Part shown: piece by piece, positions 55,303 to 63,264 of the stretch
Position numbering within the stretch: the stretch's first letter is position 1
Layout of the letters: every line of letters begins with the position of its first letter
Origin: Candidatus Danuiimicrobium aquiferis
GTDB taxonomy: Bacteria; Omnitrophota; Omnitrophia; Omnitrophales; Danuiimicrobiaceae
Direction: 5' to 3'
NCBI GenBank assembly: GCA_001804285.1
Contig: MHFR01000037.1
Location: 149,952-213,951, forward strand
DNA: 64,000 nt
Position numbers and translations under genes: made by a program
The notes under the pieces: generated by a model
The model's input: only the letters and a program-made list of their open reading frames with translations
Databases searched by the model: none
What the model was told of the DNA's origin: nothing

Positions 55303-55410
55303 GTCATTCCCGCAAGTTTTAAGCGGGAATCTAAGGTTGTAGATTCCCGACAACCCCGGAAAAGCTGGGGTCGGCCCTTTCTTTCCCAAGGGAAGCTTTC
55401 GGGAATGACA
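55303..55410. repeat. Palindromic repeat-family copy in the serA upstream region
   Basis: gtcattcccgcaagttttaagcgggaatcta ... cgggaatgacac, with a central hairpin ccccggaaaagctggggt. Confidence 0.7.
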
Positions 55411-55476
55411 CAGAATAAAGTATTGTAAACCGCTCAATCCAAAAAACCGGTCAACTTTAGTTTTTTATATCAAATG

Positions 55477-56580
55477 TCAAACTTTCACTGGCCCTTTCGC
55501 TTTCAATTCTTCAATCGTTTCCTTAATGACTTGCGTCACACCCGTAATATGTTCTTCGCTGACAATTCCAAAGTGACAAATTCTGAAAATTTTTCCGTCC
55601 ATATCACCCTGTCCTCCGGCGAGCGTGTACCCTTTTTTGTCACGGATCGTCGAAACAAGCTTTTTCCCATCGACACCAGCGGGTACATTAATCGCCGTCA
55701 CTGCATTCGACCAGTCTTTTGAAAAAAGCGTCAGCCCGATACTTTTCATTTGAGATCGCGTTAATTCCGCAAGACGCGCACAGCGTTTCCAAATAGTTTC
55801 GATTCCTTCAGAATTAATCATCTTCAACGTTTGCTTGAGCGCTAAAACGAGCGTCAGTGCCGGCGTCCATGGAGTATCCCAGTCCGCCAAGGATTTCCGG
55901 TATGCCCCCAAATCCGCATAATACCGTAGACATTTTGCAGTCTCGTTTAATTTCCACGCCTTTTGACTAATTGCAATAAACGCAAGACCGGGCGGAATCA
56001 TCAATGCTTTTTGCGAGCCGGTCACAACAATATCAACTCCCCACTCATCCATTTCCAACCGGTCAGCGCCAAGGCCGCTAATCGAATCCACCACAAGAAT
56101 CGCCGGCGTCCTGGAAGTCTCTTTCGCCATTCCTTCGATATCAAACAAAACACCCGTTGATGTTTCGCACAGGGTCGCAAAAACAGCTTTGGTATCCGGA
56201 TTATCTTTCAGGGCTTTCTCAAGTTCTTTTGCAGGAACAACTTTCCCATACGGGGCTTTAAGCTGTACCAAATTCATCTGATAACGTTTCGCAAGCGCAC
56301 TCCATCTTTCACCAAACTTCCCGGCCTCAACCACAATCACTTTATCTCCGGGCGAAAGGAAATTCACCACGCTTGCTTCCATCGCGAGCGTCCCGGAACC
56401 CGTCAGGGTATAAACATCCTGAGACGTACGGAAAACAAGTTTGAGATTTTCCGAAACTTCTTTAAACAATTCCCGGTACTGGGGCGTTCGATGATGGAAA
56501 ATAGGCTCAGCCATTACATCTAATGCCTCTTGTGGTACCATCGTTGGACCCGGTGTCAATAGAATGTTCGCTTTTGTCAT
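55477..56580 (-). CDS. Class V aminotransferase (AGXT/phosphoserine-aminotransferase-like, PLP-dependent)
   Basis: The PLP-lysine region TGSQKALMIPPGLAF. Its position next to serA suggests a phosphoserine aminotransferase role. Confidence 0.75.
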   Translation of the reverse strand: MTKANILLTPGPTMVPQEALDVMAEPIFHHRTPQYRELFKEVSENLKLVFRTSQDVYTLTGSGTLAMEASVVNFLSPGDKVIVVEAGKFGERWSALAKRYQMNLVQLKAPYGKVVPAKELEKALKDNPDTKAVFATLCETSTGVLFDIEGMAKETSRTPAILVVDSISGLGADRLEMDEWGVDIVVTGSQKALMIPPGLAFIAISQKAWKLNETAKCLRYYADLGAYRKSLADWDTPWTPALTLVLALKQTLKMINSEGIETIWKRCARLAELTRSQMKSIGLTLFSKDWSNAVTAINVPAGVDGKKLVSTIRDKKGYTLAGGQGDMDGKIFRICHFGIVSEEHITGVTQVIKETIEELKAKGPVKV

Positions 56581-56621
56581 ATCGTTACCTCTTTCCGTTT
56601 GATAATTAATTTTTAAACCAC

Positions 56622-57212
56622 TTACTGACTGAACTCAATGACATGATCAACGATTCCGTAATCCTTTGCTTCCATTGCCGACATAAAATAATCGCGATCG
56701 GTATCTTTCTCAATCCTGTCAAGCGGCTGACTTGTATGCTTAGCTAAAATCTCATTCAACTGTTCTTTTAATTTCAAGATTTCTTTCGCTTGAATATGGA
56801 TATCCGAAGCGCTTCCCTGCGCACCGCCCCACGGCTGATGAATCATCACACGCGCGTGCGGTAACGCAAACCGTTTTCCCTTAGTCCCTGCGCTCAAAAG
56901 AAGCGCCCCCATACTGGCTGCCTGCCCCACGCAATAAGTTGATACATTGCATTTCACAAACTGCATCGTATCGTAAATCGCAAGCCCGGCCGTCACACTT
57001 CCGCCCGGGGAATTGACATAAATATTGATGTCCTTATTAGGATCCTCCATTTGGAGAAATAAAATCTGCGCGATAATCAAATTCGCAATCGTGTCATCGA
57101 TCGGCGTTCCGATAAACACAATCCGGTCTTTCAGCAAACGCGAGTAAATGTCATAAGACCGTTCACCGCGTCCGGTTGACTCAACTACAATAGGCACCAA
57201 ATAACCGCTCAT
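56622..57212 (-). CDS. clpP: ATP-dependent Clp protease proteolytic subunit
   Basis: The Ser-His-Asp triad context [11 protein letters not shown] and IHQPWGG. A 196-aa ORF with an AGGAGG SD. Confidence 0.92.
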   Translation of the reverse strand: MSGYLVPIVVESTGRGERSYDIYSRLLKDRIVFIGTPIDDTIANLIIAQILFLQMEDPNKDINIYVNSPGGSVTAGLAIYDTMQFVKCNVSTYCVGQAASMGALLLSAGTKGKRFALPHARVMIHQPWGGAQGSASDIHIQAKEILKLKEQLNEILAKHTSQPLDRIEKDTDRDYFMSAMEAKDYGIVDHVIEFSQ

Positions 57213-57283
57213 TTAGATCCTCCTGCGTTTAAGTAAAAGGTAAAAAGTGAAAAATCAAAACGTTATTTTTTACTTTTGCCTTT

Positions 57284-58564
57284 TTACTTTTTACATTCTG
57301 TTATGTTCGCCGTTCCCTTCAGCCATTCTATGACTTTTTCATTAAATATCTGCTGTTCAATCGAATCGAGCCTTTCCTGTTTTTCATGATAGAACGTCTT
57401 CACTTCATCAAACGAACGCCTGGCTCTTTCGGAGATTAATTTCAAACGCGTTTCAATATCGCTGGCCGTCACTTCGATTTTTTCCCGCTTTCCGATTTCA
57501 TCCAGAAGAAACGAAAGGCGGACCTGACGGTCAGCTTCATCACGCAAGTCTTTTGCCATTTGTTCTCTTTGTTTCTCAACATCTTCTTCCTTCGCGCCCT
57601 GCATCCGTATCTGCTGAATCTGGTTTTCGACAAGTGCTTTCTGCCGCCGATCGACCATTCCCTGCGGAATATCAAACTTTGAAATTTTAATCAATTGAGT
57701 AAGCAACTCCCGCTCAAGTTCAGTTTCGGCTTGTTCCTGTTTCTGCTGGCTTAAATCCTTTTTCACCGCAGCCGTCAATTCGGCAAGTGTCTGATATTCA
57801 CCGATTTCCTTGGCCAAATCATCATCCAGATTCGGTAATTTTCTCAATTTGTGTTCTTTGATGGTCACGGTAAAACAGCCGTCTTTTCCCACAAATTCCT
57901 TGTGGGCATAATCAGCCGGAAATTTAATCTTCACCTTGCAACTTTCACCCACATTTGCACCAAGAAGCTGTTTTGAGAAATTTTCAAGATAGTCTTTTTC
58001 CCGGATTTCAAACCATTCCCCGTTCCGTCGCTCGACTTCTTTCCCGTCAACTTCGAGCACATAATCTCCGATAATATAATCCCCGACCTGAATCTCGCGG
58101 TTTTCGACTGCTTCAAATTTGCTATGCGCCTCCTGATATCGTTTCAGAACATCCTGAATATCTTTCTGATCAACCTGTTCCACATATTTTTTTAATTTCA
58201 GGCCGGCATAATTTTCAATTTTAATTTCCGGACGAATTTCAACATGAGCATTGTATTTAAGTTTTTGGTCATTGAAATCGATCTCGTCAATTTTGGGTGT
58301 TCCGATTAAATTAATCCCTTTTTCTTTAACCGCTTCGCGAAAACTTCTAGACAAGAGTTGTTTCAGGACCTCGTCATGAGCCTCTTTTTTATAATGAAGT
58401 GCTACGATATTCTTTGGCGCGTGGCCGGGCCTAAATCCCGGGATTTTCGATCGCTTAGAAACGTATTCATAAAACTGATCAAATTCTTCCTGAATTAAAT
58501 TCAGTGGGACATCAATGGTAAGAACTTTTTCGCAAGGACCAATATTTTTAATATCAACTTTCAA
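57284..58564 (-). CDS. tig: Trigger factor
   Basis: A 426-aa ORF with the ribosome-binding motif FRPGHAPK. The conserved tig-clpP neighbourhood supports the call. Confidence 0.9.
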   Translation of the reverse strand: MKVDIKNIGPCEKVLTIDVPLNLIQEEFDQFYEYVSKRSKIPGFRPGHAPKNIVALHYKKEAHDEVLKQLLSRSFREAVKEKGINLIGTPKIDEIDFNDQKLKYNAHVEIRPEIKIENYAGLKLKKYVEQVDQKDIQDVLKRYQEAHSKFEAVENREIQVGDYIIGDYVLEVDGKEVERRNGEWFEIREKDYLENFSKQLLGANVGESCKVKIKFPADYAHKEFVGKDGCFTVTIKEHKLRKLPNLDDDLAKEIGEYQTLAELTAAVKKDLSQQKQEQAETELERELLTQLIKISKFDIPQGMVDRRQKALVENQIQQIRMQGAKEEDVEKQREQMAKDLRDEADRQVRLSFLLDEIGKREKIEVTASDIETRLKLISERARRSFDEVKTFYHEKQERLDSIEQQIFNEKVIEWLKGTANITECKK

Positions 58565-58709
58565 TGGACACCTATCATTAAGTTCAAAATAAAAAGTCGA
58601 AAGTAAAAAAAGGAATTATTTAGGCAGTATTTCATGCTTTCGCGGGTAGCCAAACAAATACCCCTTAACAAACCTAAATCTTTTTACTTTTAACTTTTTA
58701 CTTAAATTT

Positions 58710-58785
58710 TGGAGCGGGAGAAGGGATTTGAACCCTCGACATCAACCTTGGCAAGGTTGCGCTCTACCAACTGAGCTACTCCCGC
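58710..58785 (-). tRNA. tRNA-Gly (anticodon GCC)
   Basis: The minus-strand cloverleaf is gcgggag-ta-gctcagttggtagagc-g-caacc-ttgccaa-ggttg-atgtc-gaggg-ttcaaat-ccctt-ctcccgc-t-cca. Confidence 0.9.
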
Positions 58786-58946
58786 TTGCTGTTTTCATGA
58801 ACTAACTTTTGAATTTTCAATATGTTATAGCAATCGAATCTATTTCAAAGAAATCCGAAACGGATGTATTATATTGATTCCGAGAAAATCTTCAAGAATA
58901 AAGGGTGAATTTTAATGAATGGTGCAAAACCAAGCTTTTCTACAAT

Positions 58947-59714
58947 TCAAGTGGATTTGCGAGTCCAAATAGATAAATATGTTTTTTGATCTTCCCGGAA
59001 TGCTTGAATCGCCACGCTCGCTACGGATCGCGCATCCACCGGACTCATGCCACGCTCTACGAGCCGTTTAAAGATAGCGTCCGGATACAATGACAGATCC
59101 AACGACTGACGGCCTTTCCGCTCTTTCAGAAATTCAAGTCCCGAAACTTTGAATTTATTCAATAACCACCCCGGTTTTTCATTTTCCATATTAAAAAAAT
59201 CATGCGGTTGCCCGTCATCGACAAACAAAACAACCGAAGCATGCTCATTCTCGCTAATCAACTTATCTAAATCAAACGAGTTTGCTATCATTCCGGAAAA
59301 ATTCTGAAAATGGCTATTGCGCTTCGACATCCGGTCGAATTTATCACTGTTTCCGGCAATGCTTTTGAGTTTCAGCTTCCGCCCAAAATCCTTCCACTCA
59401 TTATTCCGGTTTTTATTCTTCTCAAGCGAAATCAAAATATCGTACGCCAGCATTCCCGCATCGTCTTGCACAATAGTCACATCAAACGATACGGGTTCTT
59501 TCCTCCGGGGTAATTCTTCTCGATAAAGATCAAATAATTGATTACAGACCATAGCACCAAAAGCCGGGGCGATTAATTGATACGGCGCTTCTTTAAAACG
59601 ATCCCGGATGGTTTCTGCTTCGCCAAAATTATCTTCAGGCAAGAGGAGGCTTGTAATAATAAAACAAAATAAAAATACAAACAAATATCGATGAGATATA
59701 AAAATTTTATTCAA
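58947..59714 (-). CDS. Hypothetical secreted protein
   Basis: A 255-aa ORF with a signal-peptide-like N-terminus (LFVFLFCFIITSLLLP). I recognise no domain. Confidence 0.5.
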   Translation of the reverse strand: MNKIFISHRYLFVFLFCFIITSLLLPEDNFGEAETIRDRFKEAPYQLIAPAFGAMVCNQLFDLYREELPRRKEPVSFDVTIVQDDAGMLAYDILISLEKNKNRNNEWKDFGRKLKLKSIAGNSDKFDRMSKRNSHFQNFSGMIANSFDLDKLISENEHASVVLFVDDGQPHDFFNMENEKPGWLLNKFKVSGLEFLKERKGRQSLDLSLYPDAIFKRLVERGMSPVDARSVASVAIQAFREDQKTYLSIWTRKST

Positions 59715-59729
59715 ATTGCTCTGCTCTTT

Positions 59730-59787
59730 ATCAATTGATCGAGCGAACCCTGCCCAATTACTCTGCCAGGGTTCGCCTGAGCGTCAA
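59730..59787. repeat. Left copy of a 55-60 bp imperfect direct repeat containing a hairpin
   Basis: gcgaaccctg-cccaattactctgc-cagggttcgc, then ctgagcgtcaaccaatg. It aligns with 60545-60603. Confidence 0.7.
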
Positions 59788-59799
59788 CCAATGACGATT

Positions 59800-59953
59800 T
59801 ACTTCACGGTATTTGGCGAAATGCGAATGATTTTACCATTTTCCCATATCGATAGTGGTCGACCTGTTTTCTTATGACATTCAACGACTCCCCGCACCGC
59901 TTTTTTCAACGCCGCTTCAGCTTTATCCTGTAGAGACATTCTTTTTTTCATTT
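59800..59953 (-). CDS. Small 51-aa protein downstream of the kinase gene (below the track's size cutoff)
   Basis: My translation is MKKRMSLQDKAEAALKKAVRGVVECHKKTGRPLSIWENGKIIRISPNTVK. Its ATG overlaps the kinase stop. Confidence 0.45.
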
Positions 59954-59954
59954 A

Positions 59955-60530
59955 TTACCTCACGCTTCTTTGAACTATTTCGAACAAACCATCGTTAAGC
60001 ACTTCTCTATGGCCGTTGCGTCTTTTCGCAATTAGTATGGGTTTTGCCTTAGAGTTATCAAATAACATCCAGGAGTCAAGTAACGACTCGTACAGAGTGA
60101 AGAAATTATTGATGCCGCGGGCAAATCGCCTACGAACATCTTCGGCAGGTACATGATGCCCACCTTCCCGAACTCTTTCTTTAATACGGGCTATTGCCAA
60201 TTCTGCGATAGGAAGCCAGAGAAAGAAAAGATGCAGCGCATAACCTCTTGCCTTTAACTCAGTCAACAAGCCTACATAAGACTTACCGGATAAAGTCGTC
60301 TCAAAAGCAAAATCAACTCCATGTCCCGCATATTCATGAATTTGCTGTAGTACGAGCTTACCGGCTTTAATAGCCGCAGAGCGAGGCTCAAATGGAGATA
60401 GCCCCTTAGCGATAAGGTCAGCATTTACAAAATTAGGGCAATTCACATATTCGGGTAAAAACATCGTAGCAAATGTAGTCTTACCCGATCCGTTTGGCCC
60501 CGCAATAATATAAATTGCCTTACTTTTCAT
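59955..60530 (-). CDS. Zeta-toxin-like / AAA_33-type P-loop kinase
   Basis: Walker A GPNGSGKTT. An SD AAGGAAGG precedes the Met at 60530, so the track's 60563 start is probably too long. At about 191 aa it is typical of short zeta/UNAG-kinase-like toxins. Confidence 0.65.
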   Translation of the reverse strand: MKSKAIYIIAGPNGSGKTTFATMFLPEYVNCPNFVNADLIAKGLSPFEPRSAAIKAGKLVLQQIHEYAGHGVDFAFETTLSGKSYVGLLTELKARGYALHLFFLWLPIAELAIARIKERVREGGHHVPAEDVRRRFARGINNFFTLYESLLDSWMLFDNSKAKPILIAKRRNGHREVLNDGLFEIVQRSVR

Positions 60531-60544
60531 AACCTTCCTTATCC

Positions 60545-60603
60545 GCCCATCGAACCCTGACAATTACGCCTGCCATGGTTCGCCTGAGCGTCAACAATGG
60601 CGG
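60545..60603. repeat. Right copy of the 55-60 bp direct repeat, abutting the CCA end of the tRNA-like element
   Basis: cgaaccctgacaattacgcctgccatggttcgcctgagcgtcaacaatg. It aligns with 59730-59787. Confidence 0.7.
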
Positions 60604-60666
60604 GCAGAGGGGGATTTGAAGCCCCATGAGTTTCCTCATTGGATCCTAAGTCCAACGTGTCTGCCC
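60598..60666 (-). ncRNA. tRNA-like element lacking a D-arm, with anticodon-loop TAG, a variable arm, a T-arm, an acceptor stem and an encoded CCA
   Basis: The minus-strand fold is gggcaga-cacg-ttgga-cttagga-tccaa-tgaggaaactca-t-gggg-cttcaaat-cccc-c-tctgccc-g-cca. With no D-arm it is a pseudo-tRNA or a recombination-derived fragment, not a canonical tRNA. Confidence 0.4.
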
Positions 60667-60787
60667 TTGAGCTCCTTTATAAAATGTTTTTTGATAGTGG
60701 CTCAAGGACTGGTTTTAACTCCCTTATAAAATTACATATAGAAAGTCAAACCTGGCCGACTATCCATTAAATTTTTTGATAATTTTT

Positions 60788-60869
60788 TGCGGCGCGAGGG
60801 ACTTGAACCCCCAACCCTTGCGGGACAAGATCCTAAGTCTTGCGCGTCTGCCAATTTCGCCAGCGCCGC
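60788..60869 (-). tRNA. tRNA-Leu (anticodon TAG)
   Basis: gcggcgc-tg-gcg-aaattggcaga-cgc-g-caaga-cttagga-tcttg-tcccgcaagggtt-ggggg-ttcaagt-ccctc-gcgccgc-a, which has a class II variable arm. Confidence 0.85.
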
Positions 60870-60960
60870 AAGAAATTATCAAAAATCTATAATTTTCGGA
60901 AGTCGGCACTGTCCCAGCTTCCGATTGATATTCATTCTTCTATTTAAATGAACGCTGGGG

Positions 60961-60982
60961 CTGCCAATTTCGCCAGCGCCGC
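60961..60982 (-). pseudogene. Duplicated 5' fragment (acceptor and D-arm, 22 nt) of the tRNA-Leu gene
   Basis: ctgccaatttcgccagcgccgc is identical to 60849-60870 inside tRNA-Leu. The flanks are weakly similar, consistent with a duplication or recombination scar. Confidence 0.6.
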
Positions 60983-61132
60983 TAAAAATTCAACCGGAAT
61001 CAAGTGCACGCATCGGACTACGGATTCCTTAGCCGCTGCCGATGCAGTATTTTTTCATCGGAAAAAGTGCACGCGTCGGGAGTGACTTCAATAGTCACCC
61101 CCGGCGCCGTACTTAATTCAACCGGAATTAAG

Positions 61133-61205
61133 TGCGCCCTGAAGGATTTGAACCTTCGACCCACTGATTAAGAGTCAGTTGCTCTACCAACTGAGCTAAG
61201 GGCGC
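61133..61205 (-). tRNA. tRNA-Lys (anticodon CTT)
   Basis: gcgccct-ta-gctcagttggtagagc-a-actga-ctcttaa-tcagt-gggtc-gaagg-ttcaaat-ccttc-agggcgc-a. Confidence 0.9.
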
Positions 61206-61259
61206 ATGTCGTTTATTTATACGCATTTACAAAAACAGATAAAAACACGAAAAATTCAG

Positions 61260-61288
61260 TTGACCACCAGTTGACCAAATACTATAAT
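61260..61288 (+). promoter_or_regulatory. Consensus-like sigma70 promoter for the integrase gene
   Basis: TTGACC (61260-61265), a 17-nt spacer and TATAAT (61283-61288). An SD GGAGG at 61315-61319 sits 7 nt before the TTG start at 61327. Confidence 0.55.
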
Positions 61289-61326
61289 ATGCATCGGTTG
61301 ATGATCTAACTGTTCGGAGGTGTGAT

Positions 61327-62541
61327 TTGCCTAAATTACGATTCATAAAAAAACATAACGAATTTCAAATTGATTATTATAACAACGGAAAACGTGTCCG
61401 CCGATATCTTGGACCCGATAAGAAGCACGCCGAGGCTGAGCTTAAACGGGTTGACGCTCTGATCAAAGCCAAAAAATTGGGCTTCGAATTAACGCAAGTC
61501 CGACCAGCGAGCGAGTATAATACATCAACTCCCCCTATTTCTGCAACTCCTGATATCAAATTTTCAGCGGCTGACGGTGCCCAGCATATCTCAATCGCCA
61601 AAGCCATCGATATATACTTAGAAAGATGCAAAGGCGCGACTCAATCCAGAAATATGGCAGAAAAAACTTACGAATCCAAGACCTCTCTCCTTAAGCGTAG
61701 ATTTTCGGATTTCTTGCACAAAAAATTCCCGGAACTTAATTTTCTGGATGATATTCAAAAAGTACACATCGAAAGTTATCGGGCTTATCGGATCAATTCT
61801 CGACACAAGAACGCCCCAACAAGAAAAATCAAACCCACATCTTTTAATAATGATCTGCGCGAACTTATAGCTTTTTTCAATTACTGCATTGAAAATCCTA
61901 AGACTTTTTATATTTTCGTTAATCCTGCATCAAAAGTCGCCAAAGTCCAAAAAGCAGACCGAAATGAACGTCTCCCCTGTCTTTCCCCAGAGGAAATTAC
62001 ACAAGTGTTTAAAAAATGCAATGGCGACACTGAACTCAAAACGGTAATTGAAACATTCATTGAAACCGGCATGCGCTTCAATGAATTAAGAAACCTTCGC
62101 TGGGATGACGTTGATTTGTCGAAAAATGTGATGACGGTAAAGAGTCGCGACGAATTTATGACCAAAAGCAGAAAAAGCCGTACGATTCCAATTAGTCAAA
62201 GACTGCGCGAAATTCTTAAAGAGATCCCAAGGCGAAGTGAAAAAGTTTTTGAACTAAATAATGTCCAACGGATGAGCGCAAAAAAAGACAATCTTTGCAA
62301 CATCCGCAAACGCTTTGACCGGATTAAAAAACACCTTCCCTTTTTAAGGACCGGCGAACGTTTTCATATCTTCCGCCACACGGCTATCACCTTGTGGGCC
62401 AATTCCGGCGTTCCGCTTCCTGTCGTTCAAAAGTGGGCAGGACATTCAAGCATTGAAATGACCATGAAATATGTTCACCCTTCTGAAGAGGAAAGTGCGA
62501 AATGGATGAAAAAGTTCTCAGACACACAGCTCAACTCTTAA
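61327..62541 (+). CDS. Tyrosine-type site-specific integrase (phage integrase family)
   Basis: A 404-aa ORF with the C-terminal catalytic region HIFRHTAITLWANSGVPLPVVQKWAGHSSIEMTMKYVH (the H-x-x-R ... Y motif). It lies next to a tRNA gene. Confidence 0.85.
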   Translation: MPKLRFIKKHNEFQIDYYNNGKRVRRYLGPDKKHAEAELKRVDALIKAKKLGFELTQVRPASEYNTSTPPISATPDIKFSAADGAQHISIAKAIDIYLERCKGATQSRNMAEKTYESKTSLLKRRFSDFLHKKFPELNFLDDIQKVHIESYRAYRINSRHKNAPTRKIKPTSFNNDLRELIAFFNYCIENPKTFYIFVNPASKVAKVQKADRNERLPCLSPEEITQVFKKCNGDTELKTVIETFIETGMRFNELRNLRWDDVDLSKNVMTVKSRDEFMTKSRKSRTIPISQRLREILKEIPRRSEKVFELNNVQRMSAKKDNLCNIRKRFDRIKKHLPFLRTGERFHIFRHTAITLWANSGVPLPVVQKWAGHSSIEMTMKYVHPSEEESAKWMKKFSDTQLNS

Positions 62542-62609
62542 AAACTCTTAGAATTTGCATTTGACAACATGTTACTTATAAGCTACAATTCTAAATGTCG
62601 GGAGTACCG

Positions 62610-62936
62610 ATGAATTTTATTGAAATTCTTGTATATCGAACGGCTGACGGTAAAATACCGTATCAAAATTGGCTAGAATCCATCCGGGATGACCGGATGA
62701 GGACCCGCATACGGGTTCGGATTGATAGATTGCGGCTCGGTAATCTTGGTGATACTAAGAGCGTTGGACACGGTGTTCATGAATTAAGAATGCATTTTGG
62801 TCCAGGTTTTCGGGTTTATTTTGGATATGACGGCCAAACCATTGTTGTTTTATTATGTGGTGGTGACAAAAGCACTCAAAGCCGCGACATTGAAAATGCG
62901 TTACTTTATTGGAACGATTATAAATGGAGAAAATAA
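62610..62936 (+). CDS. HigB/RelE-ParE-superfamily toxin (addiction-module killer protein)
   Basis: The sequence family is FIEILVYRTADGKIPYQNWLESI...LGDTKSVGHGVHELRMHFGPGFRVYFGYDGQTIVVLLCGGDKSTQSRDIENA. An SD GGGAG precedes the Met at 62610. Confidence 0.7.
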   Translation: MNFIEILVYRTADGKIPYQNWLESIRDDRMRTRIRVRIDRLRLGNLGDTKSVGHGVHELRMHFGPGFRVYFGYDGQTIVVLLCGGDKSTQSRDIENALLYWNDYKWRK

Positions 62937-62938
62937 AA

Positions 62939-63259
62939 ATGAAACCTTATGTAAGTTATCATGATCTTTTAATGAGAGACCTCAAAGATCCAAAAGAAGC
63001 TCAAGGATATCTCAACGCAGCTTTGGAAGAGGGCGATGAAAAGCTTTTTTTAGTCGCTTTGAAAAATGTTTTGGATGCACGAGGAGGCTTATCTAAATTC
63101 TCAAGACAAACGAAGCTTAACCGTGTAAGTCTGTACCGGATGTTATCGCGGCAAGGCAATCCGGAATGGGCGAGCATTATCTCTCTACTGCGCGCTTTGG
63201 GCATTCAATTTCGGTTAACTGGTAAAAAGCCGACTACGCTCCACAAAAAAGCAGCGTAA
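62939..63259 (+). CDS. HigA-like HTH antitoxin (addiction-module antidote protein)
   Basis: It starts 3 nt after the toxin stop. The HTH segment is LSKFSRQTKLNRVSLYRMLSRQGNPEWASIISLLRALG, and the N-terminal YLNAALEEGDEKLFLVALKNV is typical of HigA partners of Gp49/HigB-type toxins. Confidence 0.65.
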   Translation: MKPYVSYHDLLMRDLKDPKEAQGYLNAALEEGDEKLFLVALKNVLDARGGLSKFSRQTKLNRVSLYRMLSRQGNPEWASIISLLRALGIQFRLTGKKPTTLHKKAA

Positions 63260-63264
63260 CTCTT

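Noticed and set aside
38575-55420. Possible CRISPR array suggested by the recurring palindromic cgcgggaatgac-type repeats.
   Set aside because: The copies are irregularly spaced by kilobases, differ in length and internal structure and have TIRs. There is no regular repeat-spacer periodicity and there are no cas genes, so this is a MITE/REP-like family.
55261-55437. A longer SerA N-terminus as given by the ORF track.
   Set aside because: The extension is a translation of a palindromic repeat element, and the conserved SerA sequence starts at the internal Met at 55260.
59730-60607. Integron attC sites flanking a gene cassette.
   Set aside because: The repeats are imperfect hairpins, but I could not identify the conserved attC core (RYYYAAC/GTTRRRY). 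No IntI-type integrase or attI is present, and the nearby recombinase is a phage-type integrase.
60598-60666. A functional fourth tRNA (Leu-TAG-like).
   Set aside because: It has acceptor, anticodon, variable and T arms plus CCA but no D-arm, with only 4 nt between the acceptor and anticodon stems. That is not a canonical bacterial tRNA, so I kept it only as a tRNA-like element.
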